Positions 1 to 9,514 of a DNA stretch of 64,000 nucleotides are shown piece by piece. The DNA comes from Acidobacteriota bacterium (GTDB lineage Bacteria; Acidobacteriota; Vicinamibacteria; Vicinamibacterales; UBA8438), in assembly GCA_015659035.1 (NCBI GenBank), contig DQNS01000041.1, positions 10-64,009 of the forward strand, given 5' to 3'. The position numbers and the translations under genes were made by a program. Position 1 is the first letter of the stretch. Each line of letters starts with the position of its first letter. The notes under the pieces are model-generated. The model was not told the DNA's origin, did not search any database, and saw nothing but the letters and a program-made list of their open reading frames with translations.

Positions 1-1124
1 ATGCCCAGATTGAGGCTGAGCATCGCCATGAACCCGAAGAACACGACCCAGCTCACCCCCACCGCTTGACCCGTTAGCTGGAAGATGCCGACCGGCCCGG
101 CGAGCTGCGCCACTGGCACGTCACGCGTCAGCAGGCCCCAGAGGGTCTGGAAGAGCAGCCCCGAGGTCTCGTAGTTCTGCTCGAGGCTCATCGCAAACGC
201 CTCGAACGGTCCCAACTCGATGATGTGCATCTCGTACGGCGTGTTGAGCGCCACCCCGATCTTCCCGACGTCGCCGACGAGCTGGGGCGTGACCACGATG
301 TCCTGCCGCACACCGTCACGGCGGATCCGCAACGTGAGGGGGATGTCGGGGCTGGCTTGGATCATCGCCATCAGCGACTCTGTCGTGACCTCGCGCCCCT
401 CGATCGCCTCGATGACGTCGCCGACCAGGATCCCCGCCTCCTGCGCGGCCGACGAGGTCGTTGACATCATGTCGACGACCTGGGGAGGCACATCAGGCTC
501 GACACCGAGAACCCCCACTTTGAATGTGCCCCGGGACGCGGGTATCACCTGGACGGTCCGCTCGCCGCCGTCGCGCCGCAGGACCACGTCGATCTCCCGG
601 TCGGCGTGCGGCGCGACAGCGAACTCCATCTCTTCCCAGGTATCGACGTTACGCCCGGCCACACTGAGAATGCTGTCGCCAGCCTGGATTCCGGCCGTGG
701 CCGCCGGTGACCCATCGGGAACGATGCCCACAATCGGCGGCTGCTCCAGGTAGACTGGGACTGTCACCCCCTGATACAGCACACCGGCCAGGATCAATAC
801 CGCGAGGATGATGTTCATGACCGGTCCCGCGATCAGGATCTGGAACCGCTGCCACTTGGTCTTGGACGGGAACTCATCGTCCTTGCCCTCAGGCTTGTCG
901 TCCGGGCCTTCGCCCGCGCCGGCCATCTTGACGTAGCCACCCAGCGGGATCGCGCAGATGCAGTACACCGTGTCCCCGCGCTTGGTCTGGACCAGCTTGG
1001 GTCCAAAGCCGAGCGCGAAGGTCAAACACCGGACCCCGTGGAGCCGCGCCACCACGAAGTGCCCCAGCTCGTGGAAGAACACCAGCACACCGAGGACGAA
1101 CGCGAACGAGAGCAGACTGGTCAT
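1..1124 (-). CDS. rseP: RIP zinc metalloprotease RseP (site-2 protease); 3' end cut by window edge
   Basis: Minus-strand ORF open to the window edge, so absent from the ORF track. ATG at 1124 overlaps the dxr stop (ATGA). Translates MTSLLSFAFVLGVLVFFHELGHF (HExxH) and then a PDZ-like segment. Sits in the uppS-cdsA-dxr-rseP order. Confidence 0.85.
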   Translation of the reverse strand, partial: MTSLLSFAFVLGVLVFFHELGHFVVARLHGVRCLTFALGFGPKLVQTKRGDTVYCICAIPLGGYVKMAGAGEGPDDKPEGKDDEFPSKTKWQRFQILIAGPVMNIILAVLILAGVLYQGVTVPVYLEQPPIVGIVPDGSPAATAGIQAGDSILSVAGRNVDTWEEMEFAVAPHADREIDVVLRRDGGERTVQVIPASRGTFKVGVLGVEPDVPPQVVDMMSTTSSAAQEAGILVGDVIEAIEGREVTTESLMAMIQASPDIPLTLRIRRDGVRQDIVVTPQLVGDVGKIGVALNTPYEMHIIELGPFEAFAMSLEQNYETSGLLFQTLWGLLTRDVPVAQLAGPVGIFQLTGQAVGVSWVVFFGFMAMLSLNLG

Positions 1125-2302
1125 CCCTGTGATTGTAGCTCGCCCACGCGGGTCCGGGAAAACGCGCGGGCGCGGGCATCCACCCGGCGCACCTCGTCCA
1201 GCGTCGTCGGGCTGTCGAGCCCCTCGGCGTCGTCGAGCGCTGCCGCGATCACGACCGGAATCGCGGTGAACGGCACAGCCTCGTCGAGAAAGGCCTCGAC
1301 CGCAACCTCGTTCGCGGCGTTGAGCGCCACCGGCAGCGCCGGGCCGCCACCCAGCGCGCGGTAGGCCAGCGCCAGGCAGGGGAAACGCTCGGTGTCCGGT
1401 CGACCGAACTCCAGCCGCCCGTAGGCGGCCAGGTCGAGCGGGGGCAGACCCGTATCCCAGCGGTCCGGATACGAGAACGCGTACTGAATCGGCAGACGCA
1501 TGTCGGTCACACCGAGCTGTGCTATCTGAGAGCCGTCACGCAGCTCGACCAGCGAATGCACCACCGACTGCGGGTGCACGACCACGTCGATCCGGTCGGC
1601 CGGCACCCCGAACAGCCAGCGCGCCTCGATGACCTCAAGCCCCTTGTTCATCAGCGTCGCCGAGTCCACGGTGATCTTCCGCCCCATGCGCCAGGTGGGA
1701 TGGTCGAGGGCATCGGCCGGCGTGACATCCCTGAGTCGTTCGAGGGTCCAGTCGCGAAACGGTCCGCCCGAGGCGGTCAGGATCAGCCGTTTCACCTCGT
1801 CGGCCGACCGTCCGTGGAGACACTGATGGATCGCGTTGTGCTCGCTGTCGACCGGGAGAATCGAGACCCCGCGCCGCCGGGCCGCCTCCATGACGAGCCC
1901 ACCGGCCATGACAAGCACCTCCTTGTTGGCCAGCGCGATCGTCTTGCCCGCTTCGATCGCGGCGAACACCGTGTCGAGCGCCGTCGTGCCGGTGGTCGCG
2001 CACAGCACCAGATCGACGTCGGGATGCGTGGCGACGGCCAGCAGACCTGCGGGACCGGCGAGCGACCGCTCGAGGGACCCGGCAGACGATGCCGACAGCC
2101 GCGACCGCACAGACGCCAGTGCGTCGTCGGCCGCCATCGCGATGACACGAGGGCGATGCCGCTCGACCTGTTCGGCGAATCGCGACGCGTTGGCGCCGGC
2201 CGCCAGACCGACCACGTCGACCAGGTCGGGATGCGCCAGCGCGACCGAGAGCGCGCTGCACCCGATGGATCCGGTCGACCCGAGGATGGCGATGCGTCTC
2301 AC
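1121..2302 (-). CDS. dxr: 1-deoxy-D-xylulose 5-phosphate reductoisomerase
   Basis: RIAILGSTGSIG NADPH-binding N-terminus and full-length Dxr-like sequence. GTG at 2302 chosen as start, because the longer ORF to 2488 overlaps cdsA. Confidence 0.9.
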   Translation of the reverse strand: MRRIAILGSTGSIGCSALSVALAHPDLVDVVGLAAGANASRFAEQVERHRPRVIAMAADDALASVRSRLSASSAGSLERSLAGPAGLLAVATHPDVDLVLCATTGTTALDTVFAAIEAGKTIALANKEVLVMAGGLVMEAARRRGVSILPVDSEHNAIHQCLHGRSADEVKRLILTASGGPFRDWTLERLRDVTPADALDHPTWRMGRKITVDSATLMNKGLEVIEARWLFGVPADRIDVVVHPQSVVHSLVELRDGSQIAQLGVTDMRLPIQYAFSYPDRWDTGLPPLDLAAYGRLEFGRPDTERFPCLALAYRALGGGPALPVALNAANEVAVEAFLDEAVPFTAIPVVIAAALDDAEGLDSPTTLDEVRRVDARARAFSRTRVGELQSQG

Positions 2303-2315
2303 AAGTGTCCTGTTG

Positions 2316-3092
2316 TCACGCAAGCTTGAGGAACAGGTAGAAGCCGGGTGCGGCGAACAACAGGCTGTCGATGCGGTCGAGCATACCGCCGTGGCCCGGG
2401 ATGAGCACCGAGGCGTCCTTGACCCCGGCGCCACGCTTGAGCTGCGACTCGAAGAGATCTCCGGCGATACCCAGCCCGACGAGGGCAACGCCGAGCAGCG
2501 CCCGCTGCGGAACGGTCGACCGGTCGAGCCCCGGGGTGGCGATCACGAGCATCAGGGCGACCCCTGCGGCCAAACCGAACAGTGCCCCCTCAACCGTCTT
2601 CTTCGGACTGATCGCCGGCGCCAACGGGGTCCGCCCGAGCCACCGGCCGCCGTAGTACTGAGCGGTGTCGCTGACCATGATGGTCGCAAGCAGCAGCACC
2701 ACGGCCTCACGGCCGGCGAATTTGTGAACCGCCACCAGAGCGCCGATCGGCAACCCCAGATACAGAAGCGGAAATAGTGAGGAGGCGACGTCGAGCAGCA
2801 TCTGACTGCCGCGGCGACCGGTGGCGAGGCTGACGATCCCGATGGTCAGCCCCGCGGCCATCAGCACCACGAGGGTGACGTCGAACGCCACGGCGACCGC
2901 CGTCGCGGCCACGCCGACCACGGTCACGCCGTGGGACAGGCTGGCGCCGTACGCGGTGGCGAGCGCTGCGTACTCGCGAAACGCCAGAAGCAAGACGACC
3001 TCCGCCAGCACCAAGGTCGCCCACCACGGGAGGAACCAGATGGTCCCGATGACCAACGGGAGGAGCGCCAGCGCGCTGAGTACACGGGCCAT
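2316..3092 (-). CDS. cdsA: phosphatidate cytidylyltransferase
   Basis: 258-aa polytopic membrane ORF with C-terminal GHGGMLDRIDSLLFAAP signature. Lies between uppS and dxr. Confidence 0.85.
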   Translation of the reverse strand: MARVLSALALLPLVIGTIWFLPWWATLVLAEVVLLLAFREYAALATAYGASLSHGVTVVGVAATAVAVAFDVTLVVLMAAGLTIGIVSLATGRRGSQMLLDVASSLFPLLYLGLPIGALVAVHKFAGREAVVLLLATIMVSDTAQYYGGRWLGRTPLAPAISPKKTVEGALFGLAAGVALMLVIATPGLDRSTVPQRALLGVALVGLGIAGDLFESQLKRGAGVKDASVLIPGHGGMLDRIDSLLFAAPGFYLFLKLA

Positions 3093-3095
3093 GCC

Positions 3096-3881
3096 CTAGC
3101 GCCGGACGACGGCCGGGTGCGTGATGCCGCCATAGCGCCGATCGCGTTTCTGGTAGTCGAGAATCGCCTCGAGCAGGTGCCGCGCGCGGAAATCGGGCCA
3201 CAGGGTCTCGGTCACCCAGATCTCGGCATAGGCGATCTGCCACAGCAGGAAGTTGCTGACCCGCATCTCGCCGCTGGTGCGGATGAGCAGATCGGGGTCG
3301 GGCTGCCCCGCCGTGTAGAGCAGTTCGCCAAACCGTCGCTCATCGAGGTCGGACGGCCGGACCCCGTTCTCGATCGCGCGTCGCGCTGCCTCGACGATCT
3401 CCGCCCGCCCGCCGTAGTTGAGCGCGATGTTGAACAGCATGCCGTGGTTGCCGCTGGTCCGGTCCCGTCCGATGTCGAGCTCGCGCCGGACGTCGGCCGG
3501 CAACTCGTCCTGACGCCCGATGACCTGGAACTTGATGTCGTTCACGAGCAGGTTGTCGAGCTCGAGCCGCAGATACCGCTTGAGCAGACCCATCAGAACG
3601 GTGACCTCGGTGGGCGGGCGCTTCCAGTTCTCGACGGAGAACGCGTAGAGCGTCAACACGTCGAGACCGAGGCGGGCGGAGGTCTCCACGATGTCGCGCA
3701 CGGAATCGATTCCAGCGCGGTGGCCATCGACACGCGGCAGACGCCGCTGGGCGGCCCACCGGCCGTTCCCGTCCATGATCACCGCGACATGGGTCGGCAG
3801 CCGAGCAAAGTCGACCTGTCGGGCAAGCGATTCTTCCCGCGAACCGGCGGGCGCCCGGGTCAGTAGATCTTCGAGGCTCAT
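3096..3881 (-). CDS. uppS: undecaprenyl diphosphate synthase
   Basis: HVAVIMDGNGRWA and RTSGEMRVSNFLLWQ motifs. Start taken at ATG 3881 (MSLEDLL); the ORF is open up to 3986. Confidence 0.9.
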   Translation of the reverse strand: MSLEDLLTRAPAGSREESLARQVDFARLPTHVAVIMDGNGRWAAQRRLPRVDGHRAGIDSVRDIVETSARLGLDVLTLYAFSVENWKRPPTEVTVLMGLLKRYLRLELDNLLVNDIKFQVIGRQDELPADVRRELDIGRDRTSGNHGMLFNIALNYGGRAEIVEAARRAIENGVRPSDLDERRFGELLYTAGQPDPDLLIRTSGEMRVSNFLLWQIAYAEIWVTETLWPDFRARHLLEAILDYQKRDRRYGGITHPAVVRR

Positions 3882-4042
3882 CGGCGTGTCGTGCAGTTGG
3901 CCGAGGGTGTATGGCAGCACCGGTCCGCCACTGATCTGTCCTAGGGCCCGGTCAAGAACAACTTCACATTTCTGGCCGCCGCCCAAAAATGCGAACCTCT
4001 TCTTGACCGGACCCCTAACTTGTGATGATACAAGAAACCTAG

Positions 4043-4077
4043 GCTGGCGAAGCTCTCGTCTCCTGACTCCTTGGAGC
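4043..4077 (+). repeat. R1 family repeat unit (short copy)
   Basis: GCTGGCGAAGCTCTCGTCTCCTGACTCCTTGGAGC between the truA stop and the uppS start. Matches the R1 consensus GCTGGCGAAGCC..GGCTTCCTCCTGACTCCTGAC. Confidence 0.6.
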
Positions 4078-4082
4078 GCCCT

Positions 4083-4853
4083 CTAGTACTCCACTCGCAT
4101 CAGAAACAAGCCGTGCGGCGGGGCGGTCTGCCCAGCCGAGCCTCGGTCGCGGGAACGGAGCGCGTGCTCGACCGCGGCGCGGTCCCGTTGCCCACGGCCG
4201 ACCTCGACGAGCGTCCCGACGATGACGCGCACCATGTGACGCAGAAAGCCGCTGCCGCGCGCCTCGATGACGGTCAGGGCCGCGCCGGCACCACAAGCGA
4301 CGGACCTCGGGTCACGCGGTGCCCGGCTGAGGGTCAGCTCGAACAGCGTCCGCACCGTCGAATGCGTCGAGCTGCCGGATGCCTGAAAGGCCGCGAAATC
4401 GTGCTCGCCGACGAGCGCCCGCCCCGCGTCAACCATCCGTTCGTGGTCGAGGGGCTCGCCGACATGCCACGCGTAGCGGTGATCGAACGGGCTCACCACC
4501 GCGTCGTGCAACAGGCGATAGTGATAGGTCTTGGCGGTCGCGTCGAAGCGGGCATGAAACGGCTCCGGGCTGACCTCCGCCGCCACAACGCGGATGTCCG
4601 AGGGGAGCCTCGCATTGACGGCGCGCAGGAGCGCGTCGGGAGCGATCTGGTGCCGCAGCCGGACGCTGGCCACCTGCCCAAGCGCGTGGACCCCGGCGTC
4701 GGTCCGGCCCGCGCCCACCACCGCGACCGGGGCCTCCTCGATCTCGGCGAGCGCCGCCTCGAGACACCCCTGGATCGACGACCCGTTCGACTGCCGCTGC
4801 CAGCCTACGTAGGCGGTACCCTCGTAGGCGACGGTGATCTTCAGGGTGCGCAT
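4083..4853 (-). CDS. truA: tRNA pseudouridine(38-40) synthase TruA
   Basis: GRTDAGVHALGQV catalytic motif. Start taken at ATG 4853 (MRTLKITVAYEG). Confidence 0.9.
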   Translation of the reverse strand: MRTLKITVAYEGTAYVGWQRQSNGSSIQGCLEAALAEIEEAPVAVVGAGRTDAGVHALGQVASVRLRHQIAPDALLRAVNARLPSDIRVVAAEVSPEPFHARFDATAKTYHYRLLHDAVVSPFDHRYAWHVGEPLDHERMVDAGRALVGEHDFAAFQASGSSTHSTVRTLFELTLSRAPRDPRSVACGAGAALTVIEARGSGFLRHMVRVIVGTLVEVGRGQRDRAAVEHALRSRDRGSAGQTAPPHGLFLMRVEY

Positions 4854-4928
4854 CACGATGCCTAGCAGCCCTCGTCGCGCCTTGTCAGCTGGGCGCATCG
4901 CCTGTCTCGGCGCGACCCGGGACTTTCA

Positions 4929-5507
4929 CTACGAACTGCTAGGTCTGGAACCCGGCTTGGACACAGGCTCGCCACGGGCGCACATCGGGCATACGCCCGA
5001 CTCATAGGCGGGCAGCGGGATCTGCGCCAACGCATCGAATGGCACATCGAACCGGACCGGCTCTTCGCCACGGTCGATGATCGCCCCGGCACCAACGACT
5101 GTGCCGCCCGCCGCCACGGCCACGTCGATCGTCTCGCGGGTCGAGCCGCCGGTCGTGACGACGTCCTCCACGACCAGCACCCGTTCGCCAGGGGCGATCC
5201 AGAATCCACGACGCAACGTCAGCCGGCCGTCCCGACGCTCGGCGAACAGGGCCCGGACACCCAGGGCCCGCGCCACCTCGTGCCCGATGACGACCCCGCC
5301 CAGCGCCGGCGACAGCACAACCCCCGGCTCGAGACCGGCCGCCTGCGCGGCCAGCGCCTGCCCGAGCGCCGCCGCATGTGCGGGGTGCTGCAGCACCCGA
5401 GCGCACTGGAGATACCCGGCGCTGTGGAGCCCGGAGGACAGCTGGAAATGCCCCTCCAGGAGCCCTGCACATCGCCGGAACAGGTCGAGCACGGCGGTCG
5501 AGTCCAT
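4929..5507 (-). CDS. pyrE: orotate phosphoribosyltransferase
   Basis: VLVVEDVVTTGGS PRPP-binding motif. Start taken at ATG 5507 (MDSTAVLDLF). Confidence 0.85.
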   Translation of the reverse strand: MDSTAVLDLFRRCAGLLEGHFQLSSGLHSAGYLQCARVLQHPAHAAALGQALAAQAAGLEPGVVLSPALGGVVIGHEVARALGVRALFAERRDGRLTLRRGFWIAPGERVLVVEDVVTTGGSTRETIDVAVAAGGTVVGAGAIIDRGEEPVRFDVPFDALAQIPLPAYESGVCPMCARGEPVSKPGSRPSSS

Positions 5508-5746
5508 GGCAGTCCACACGGCGGCGGGCCCTCTGCCTCGCCTGCAGGCTCTGAGTATACAATCGAGGGAAAGACGAACTTGTCTTGCCGCTGCTCCGTC
5601 TAAAGCTCCAGCAGAGCCAGTATCAGTCGGGCAGCCAGCCCCTCCAGCCAAACATCTTCAAGAGGGTGACAATTGAGGCGGAGTACTGTCACTCCTCGAA
5701 GATGTCGAGCCCCTGCGTAGCGTCGCTCGGTTTCAGGAGATCTCAA

Positions 5747-7384
5747 ATGTATAGTCGAAGAACCATCGTTGCGATCCTTGTCGTGCTGTTCGGGCTGACC
5801 GCGTGGCCCACGCCCGCCGGCGCGCAGACCCGAGCCGGCTTCGGCAGGCCAGGAGAACTCGGTGCGCCCGTGGAGGTCGCGGGTCTCATCGTGCCACCGT
5901 CGGCGCTCCAACCAGCCGGTCGCCTCGTACGCCATCTGTCGGTGGACGAGGCGGTCACCCTGGCGCTCGAGCAGAACCTCGACCTGCGCGTGGAGCGGCT
6001 CAACCCTTTGATCCAGGACCTCAGCATCGCCCAGGCACGCTCGGTCTACGCCCCCACGTTGTCGACCACGCTGTTGACGAACAACCGGAACAGCCCATCC
6101 ATCAGCATCTTTGACGGCGGCGAAATCAAGGTGACCGACCGGGTACTGAGCGACAGCGTGGACGTGGTGCAGGAGCTGCCGTGGGCGGGTGGCCGCTACT
6201 CGATGAGCTGGGACGGCTCGCACAGGCGCACGACGAACGTCTTCACGTCGTTCAACCCGGTTCTCCGATCGAACCTAAACCTCGCCTACACCCAGCCGCT
6301 CCTACGCAATCTGGGGATCGACGGTCCACGCCTGCAGATCGCGATCACGCGCGTCAACCGGGAGATCTCGGATATCCAGCTCCGCCGTACCCTCGTTCAG
6401 ACGCAGCGGGCCGTCCGGTATGCGTACTGGGGGCTGGTCTTCGCCCAGTCGTTCCTCGAGGTCCAGCGTCAGTCGCTCGAGCTCGCCGAGGAGTCGCTGC
6501 GCAACAACCGCACGCGTGTCGAGGTGGGGACGATCGCGCCGATCGACATCGTCGAAGCGGAATCGGAGGTCGCGCGAAACGAGGAGTCGGTCATCATCGC
6601 TGAAGCCGACGTGGACCGCGCCGAGGACCAGCTGCGTATCCTCATCTTCGATCCGGACGTCTCCGATTTCTGGTCGATCCAACTACAGCCGAGCGACAGC
6701 CCGATCCTGCAGGCACGGACGATCGACGTGAACGCGGCGGTCCGGTACGCGCTCGACAACCGGACCGACCTGGACACGCTGGACAAGAACATCCAGAACA
6801 CCGACACGGACATCCGTTTCTACCGCAACCAGCGGCTCCCGGACGTGAACCTCCAGGTCAACTACTCGCTGAGCGGGGTGGGCGGCACCGAGTTCCTCCG
6901 TGGCGAGGGGTTTCTCGGCCCGATCACCGGCACGGAGCAGACGTCGTTCGGCAGCGCCCTGGGTGACATCTTCTCGAACGACTTCCCGAACTGGACCGTC
7001 GGTGTCACGGTGGCGTACCCCCTGGGCACCAGCGCCGCCAAGGCCAACCTCCAGCGGGCCCGGCTGGAACGGACCCAGGCCGACGTGACCCGCCGGAGTC
7101 TCGAGGTGCGGATCGCGGCCGACGTCCGGAACGCGGGCCGCAACGTCGCGACCAACCTACAGCGGGTCGACGCAACAGAGTCGGCGCGGCAACTGGCCGA
7201 ACGCCGGCTCGAGGCGGAACAGCGCAGGCTCGAAGTCGGCCTCTCCACCAGCTTCTTGGTGTTCCAGGCCCAGCGCGACCTGGGCGCGGCGCGGAACCGC
7301 TATCTGCGAGCGATCCTCGACTACACTCGGTCGCTCGTGGACTTCGACGCGGTGCAGGAAGTCCCGCTGGGCGGCCCGTTCTAA
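5747..7384 (+). CDS. TolC-family outer membrane efflux protein
   Basis: Signal peptide MYSRRTIVAILVVLFGLTAWPTPAGAQ. Two-repeat coiled-coil/beta-barrel OEP-like sequence (LSLDEAV..ALEQNLDL, ..YLRAILDY). Confidence 0.8.
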   Translation: MYSRRTIVAILVVLFGLTAWPTPAGAQTRAGFGRPGELGAPVEVAGLIVPPSALQPAGRLVRHLSVDEAVTLALEQNLDLRVERLNPLIQDLSIAQARSVYAPTLSTTLLTNNRNSPSISIFDGGEIKVTDRVLSDSVDVVQELPWAGGRYSMSWDGSHRRTTNVFTSFNPVLRSNLNLAYTQPLLRNLGIDGPRLQIAITRVNREISDIQLRRTLVQTQRAVRYAYWGLVFAQSFLEVQRQSLELAEESLRNNRTRVEVGTIAPIDIVEAESEVARNEESVIIAEADVDRAEDQLRILIFDPDVSDFWSIQLQPSDSPILQARTIDVNAAVRYALDNRTDLDTLDKNIQNTDTDIRFYRNQRLPDVNLQVNYSLSGVGGTEFLRGEGFLGPITGTEQTSFGSALGDIFSNDFPNWTVGVTVAYPLGTSAAKANLQRARLERTQADVTRRSLEVRIAADVRNAGRNVATNLQRVDATESARQLAERRLEAEQRRLEVGLSTSFLVFQAQRDLGAARNRYLRAILDYTRSLVDFDAVQEVPLGGPF

Positions 7385-7438
7385 GGAGTCAGAAGTCAGG
7401 AGTCAGGAGTCAGAAGGAAGCCGGTTGGCTTCGCCGGC
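7385..7438 (-). repeat. R1 family repeat unit
   Basis: GGAGTCAGAAGTCAGGAGTCAGGAGTCAGAAG followed by hairpin GAAGCC-GGTT-GGCTTC. Inverted relative to the copy at 8316-8375. Confidence 0.8.
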
Positions 7439-7522
7439 CTGAAGTTCAGTGGGGTCCCGTCGCGATCGACTGACCCGCCTGACTGGCCGACGCGGACCCG
7501 TGTCGATGCTACACTCGCGCCC

Positions 7523-8308
7523 GTGCCGAAGCTGTCGGTCGTCGTCATCACGCTGAACGAGGCGTCGAACATCGACGACGCGCTCGCGTCGGTTGCGTGG
7601 GCCAACGAGATCCTCGTCGTCGATTGCGGGAGCACCGACGAGACGGTCGCGCTGGCACGCCGTCATACCGACCGCGTGAGCCATCGAGACTGGACGGGCT
7701 ACGGCGACCAGAAGAACCACGCGACCGGGCTGGCCACGCACGACTGGGTGCTCTCGCTCGACGCCGATGAGCGGGTCTCACCCGAGCTCGCTACCGAGAT
7801 CACGACCCTGCTCGGGCAGGGCCCAACCCATCGCGGGTACCGGATTCCCCGCACCACCCGATATCTGGGCCGGTGGATCCGGACGACCGACTGGTATCCA
7901 GATCGCCAGTTGCGGCTGTATGACCGCCGGGTCGCCGTCTGGAGCGCAGACCGGGTGCACGAATCGGTGCGGGTCAACGCCAGCGTCGGCCGGCTCCGGC
8001 ACGAGATCCGCCACCACTCCTATCGGGACCTCTCGGATCACCTCGCGAGGATCGATCGGTACACGACCCTGTTGGCGACGCAGCTGCTGGACGACGGACG
8101 GCGCGCCGGACCGCTCGATCTCGTGGTGCACCCTCCGGTGACGTTTCTCCGGAACTACCTGCTCCGGCGCGGCTGCGTCCAGGGGGTCCCGGGCCTCGTC
8201 GTCTCGCTTATGAACGCCTACTACGTGTTCTTGAAATACGCGAAGCTGTGGGAGCTGCGGAACGAACAGCACGGAGCGCCTGACGAGCGCAGTCGCTCGT
8301 CGTCCTGA
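7523..8308 (+). CDS. family 2 glycosyltransferase (LPS-core type)
   Basis: N-terminal LSVVVITLNEASNIDDAL..VVDCGSTDET GT-A fold signature and DADE motif. GTG start. Confidence 0.8.
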   Translation: MPKLSVVVITLNEASNIDDALASVAWANEILVVDCGSTDETVALARRHTDRVSHRDWTGYGDQKNHATGLATHDWVLSLDADERVSPELATEITTLLGQGPTHRGYRIPRTTRYLGRWIRTTDWYPDRQLRLYDRRVAVWSADRVHESVRVNASVGRLRHEIRHHSYRDLSDHLARIDRYTTLLATQLLDDGRRAGPLDLVVHPPVTFLRNYLLRRGCVQGVPGLVVSLMNAYYVFLKYAKLWELRNEQHGAPDERSRSSS

Positions 8309-8315
8309 AGCAGAA

Positions 8316-8375
8316 GATGGTAAAGCCCTCCGGCTTTCTCCTGACTTCTGACTCCTGACTCCTGACTGCTTGAGC
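8316..8375 (+). repeat. R1 family repeat unit
   Basis: AAAGCC-CTCC-GGCTTT hairpin followed by CTCCTGACTTCTGACTCCTGACTCCTGAC. Confidence 0.8.
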
Positions 8376-8383
8376 ATCCCGCC

Positions 8384-9514
8384 ATGTTCTCCCTCCACGT
8401 CGACACGGCGCGTAGCTGGCGCGGCGGCCAGAACCAGGTGCTGCTGACCGTGCTGGGGCTCCGCGCCCGGGGCCACCGGACGACGCTGGTGGCACATCCT
8501 GACGGCGAGCTGCAACGGCGCGCAGCCGAGGGTCCGGACCTGATCCCGATCGCGTCGTCCGGCGAGATGGGCTTCCGTGCGGCCTGGCAGCTGTCACGAG
8601 TGCTGACGGCGCTGCGACCGACGGTGGTGCACGCCCACGACGCGCACGCGGTGGCGATGGTGGCGCTGGCCCGCTCGCTCGGCCGGCTCGACCCGTTGCC
8701 ACGATTCGTGGTGTCCCGCCGGGTCGACTTTCACGTCCGTCGCAACACGTTCTCCCGATGGAAGTACGCGCAGGTCGACCTGTTCCTGTGCGCATCGAAC
8801 GCGATTCGGACGATGCTCGTCGGCGACGGGGTGCCGGCGGAGCGCACCCTGACGGTCTACGAAGGCGTCGACCTCGAGCATGTCGCAGCGGCACCCCGGC
8901 TCGACGTCCACGCCGAGCTCTGGCTGCCGAGCGGCGCGCCGCTCGTCGGCAACGTGGCGGCGCTGGTGCCGCACAAGGGTCACCGGTATCTGATCAAGGC
9001 GGCGGCTACGGTGGTGCGACAGGTCCCGGACGCCCGGTTCGTGATCCTCGGCACGGGCGAGCTCGAGGCGACGCTGCGCAAGCAGGTCAAGGATCTCCAC
9101 CTCGAGCGACATGTCCTGCTCGCCGGGTTTCGCCCGGACGCGCTCTCACTCCAGAAGGGGTTCGATCTGTTCGCGATGAGCTCCCTCACCGAGGGGTTGG
9201 GCACGGTCCTGCTCGACGCGATGGCGCTAGGACAAGCGATCGTCGCCACGCGGGCGGGCGGCATCCCTGAGGTGGTCGCCCACGACCAGACCGGGGTGCT
9301 GGTGCCCCCACGCGATGCCGACGCGCTGGCCGCCGCCGTCGTACGCCTGCTCGGCGACGCCGACCGGCGGGCACAGCTCGGCCTAGCAGGCCGCGAGCGG
9401 GTGCGCGCGTCCTTCAGCGTCGAACGAATGGTCCAGGCGACACTCGACGCCTACGACCGGCTGGTCGACACACCCCTCGCAACGGGCACCGATCGTCGCG
9501 CTGTGGTCGGTTGA
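8384..9514 (+). CDS. family 4 (GT-B) glycosyltransferase
   Basis: C-terminal SSLTEGLGTVLLDAMALGQAIVATRAGGIPEVV motif typical of GT1/GT4 enzymes. Confidence 0.8.
   Translation: MFSLHVDTARSWRGGQNQVLLTVLGLRARGHRTTLVAHPDGELQRRAAEGPDLIPIASSGEMGFRAAWQLSRVLTALRPTVVHAHDAHAVAMVALARSLGRLDPLPRFVVSRRVDFHVRRNTFSRWKYAQVDLFLCASNAIRTMLVGDGVPAERTLTVYEGVDLEHVAAAPRLDVHAELWLPSGAPLVGNVAALVPHKGHRYLIKAAATVVRQVPDARFVILGTGELEATLRKQVKDLHLERHVLLAGFRPDALSLQKGFDLFAMSSLTEGLGTVLLDAMALGQAIVATRAGGIPEVVAHDQTGVLVPPRDADALAAAVVRLLGDADRRAQLGLAGRERVRASFSVERMVQATLDAYDRLVDTPLATGTDRRAVVG

Noticed and set aside
5508-5746. Promoter calls in the pyrE / TolC-like divergent spacer.
   Set aside because: Several TTG..N17..TA-like combinations can be found by eye. 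None is convincing in a high-GC genome whose promoter consensus is unknown.
7385-8375. The heptamer-rich repeats considered as a CRISPR array.
   Set aside because: The units are 7-nt tandem motifs inside isolated hairpin elements scattered over the window. They are not regularly spaced direct repeats of 25-40 nt with unique spacers, and no cas genes are present.
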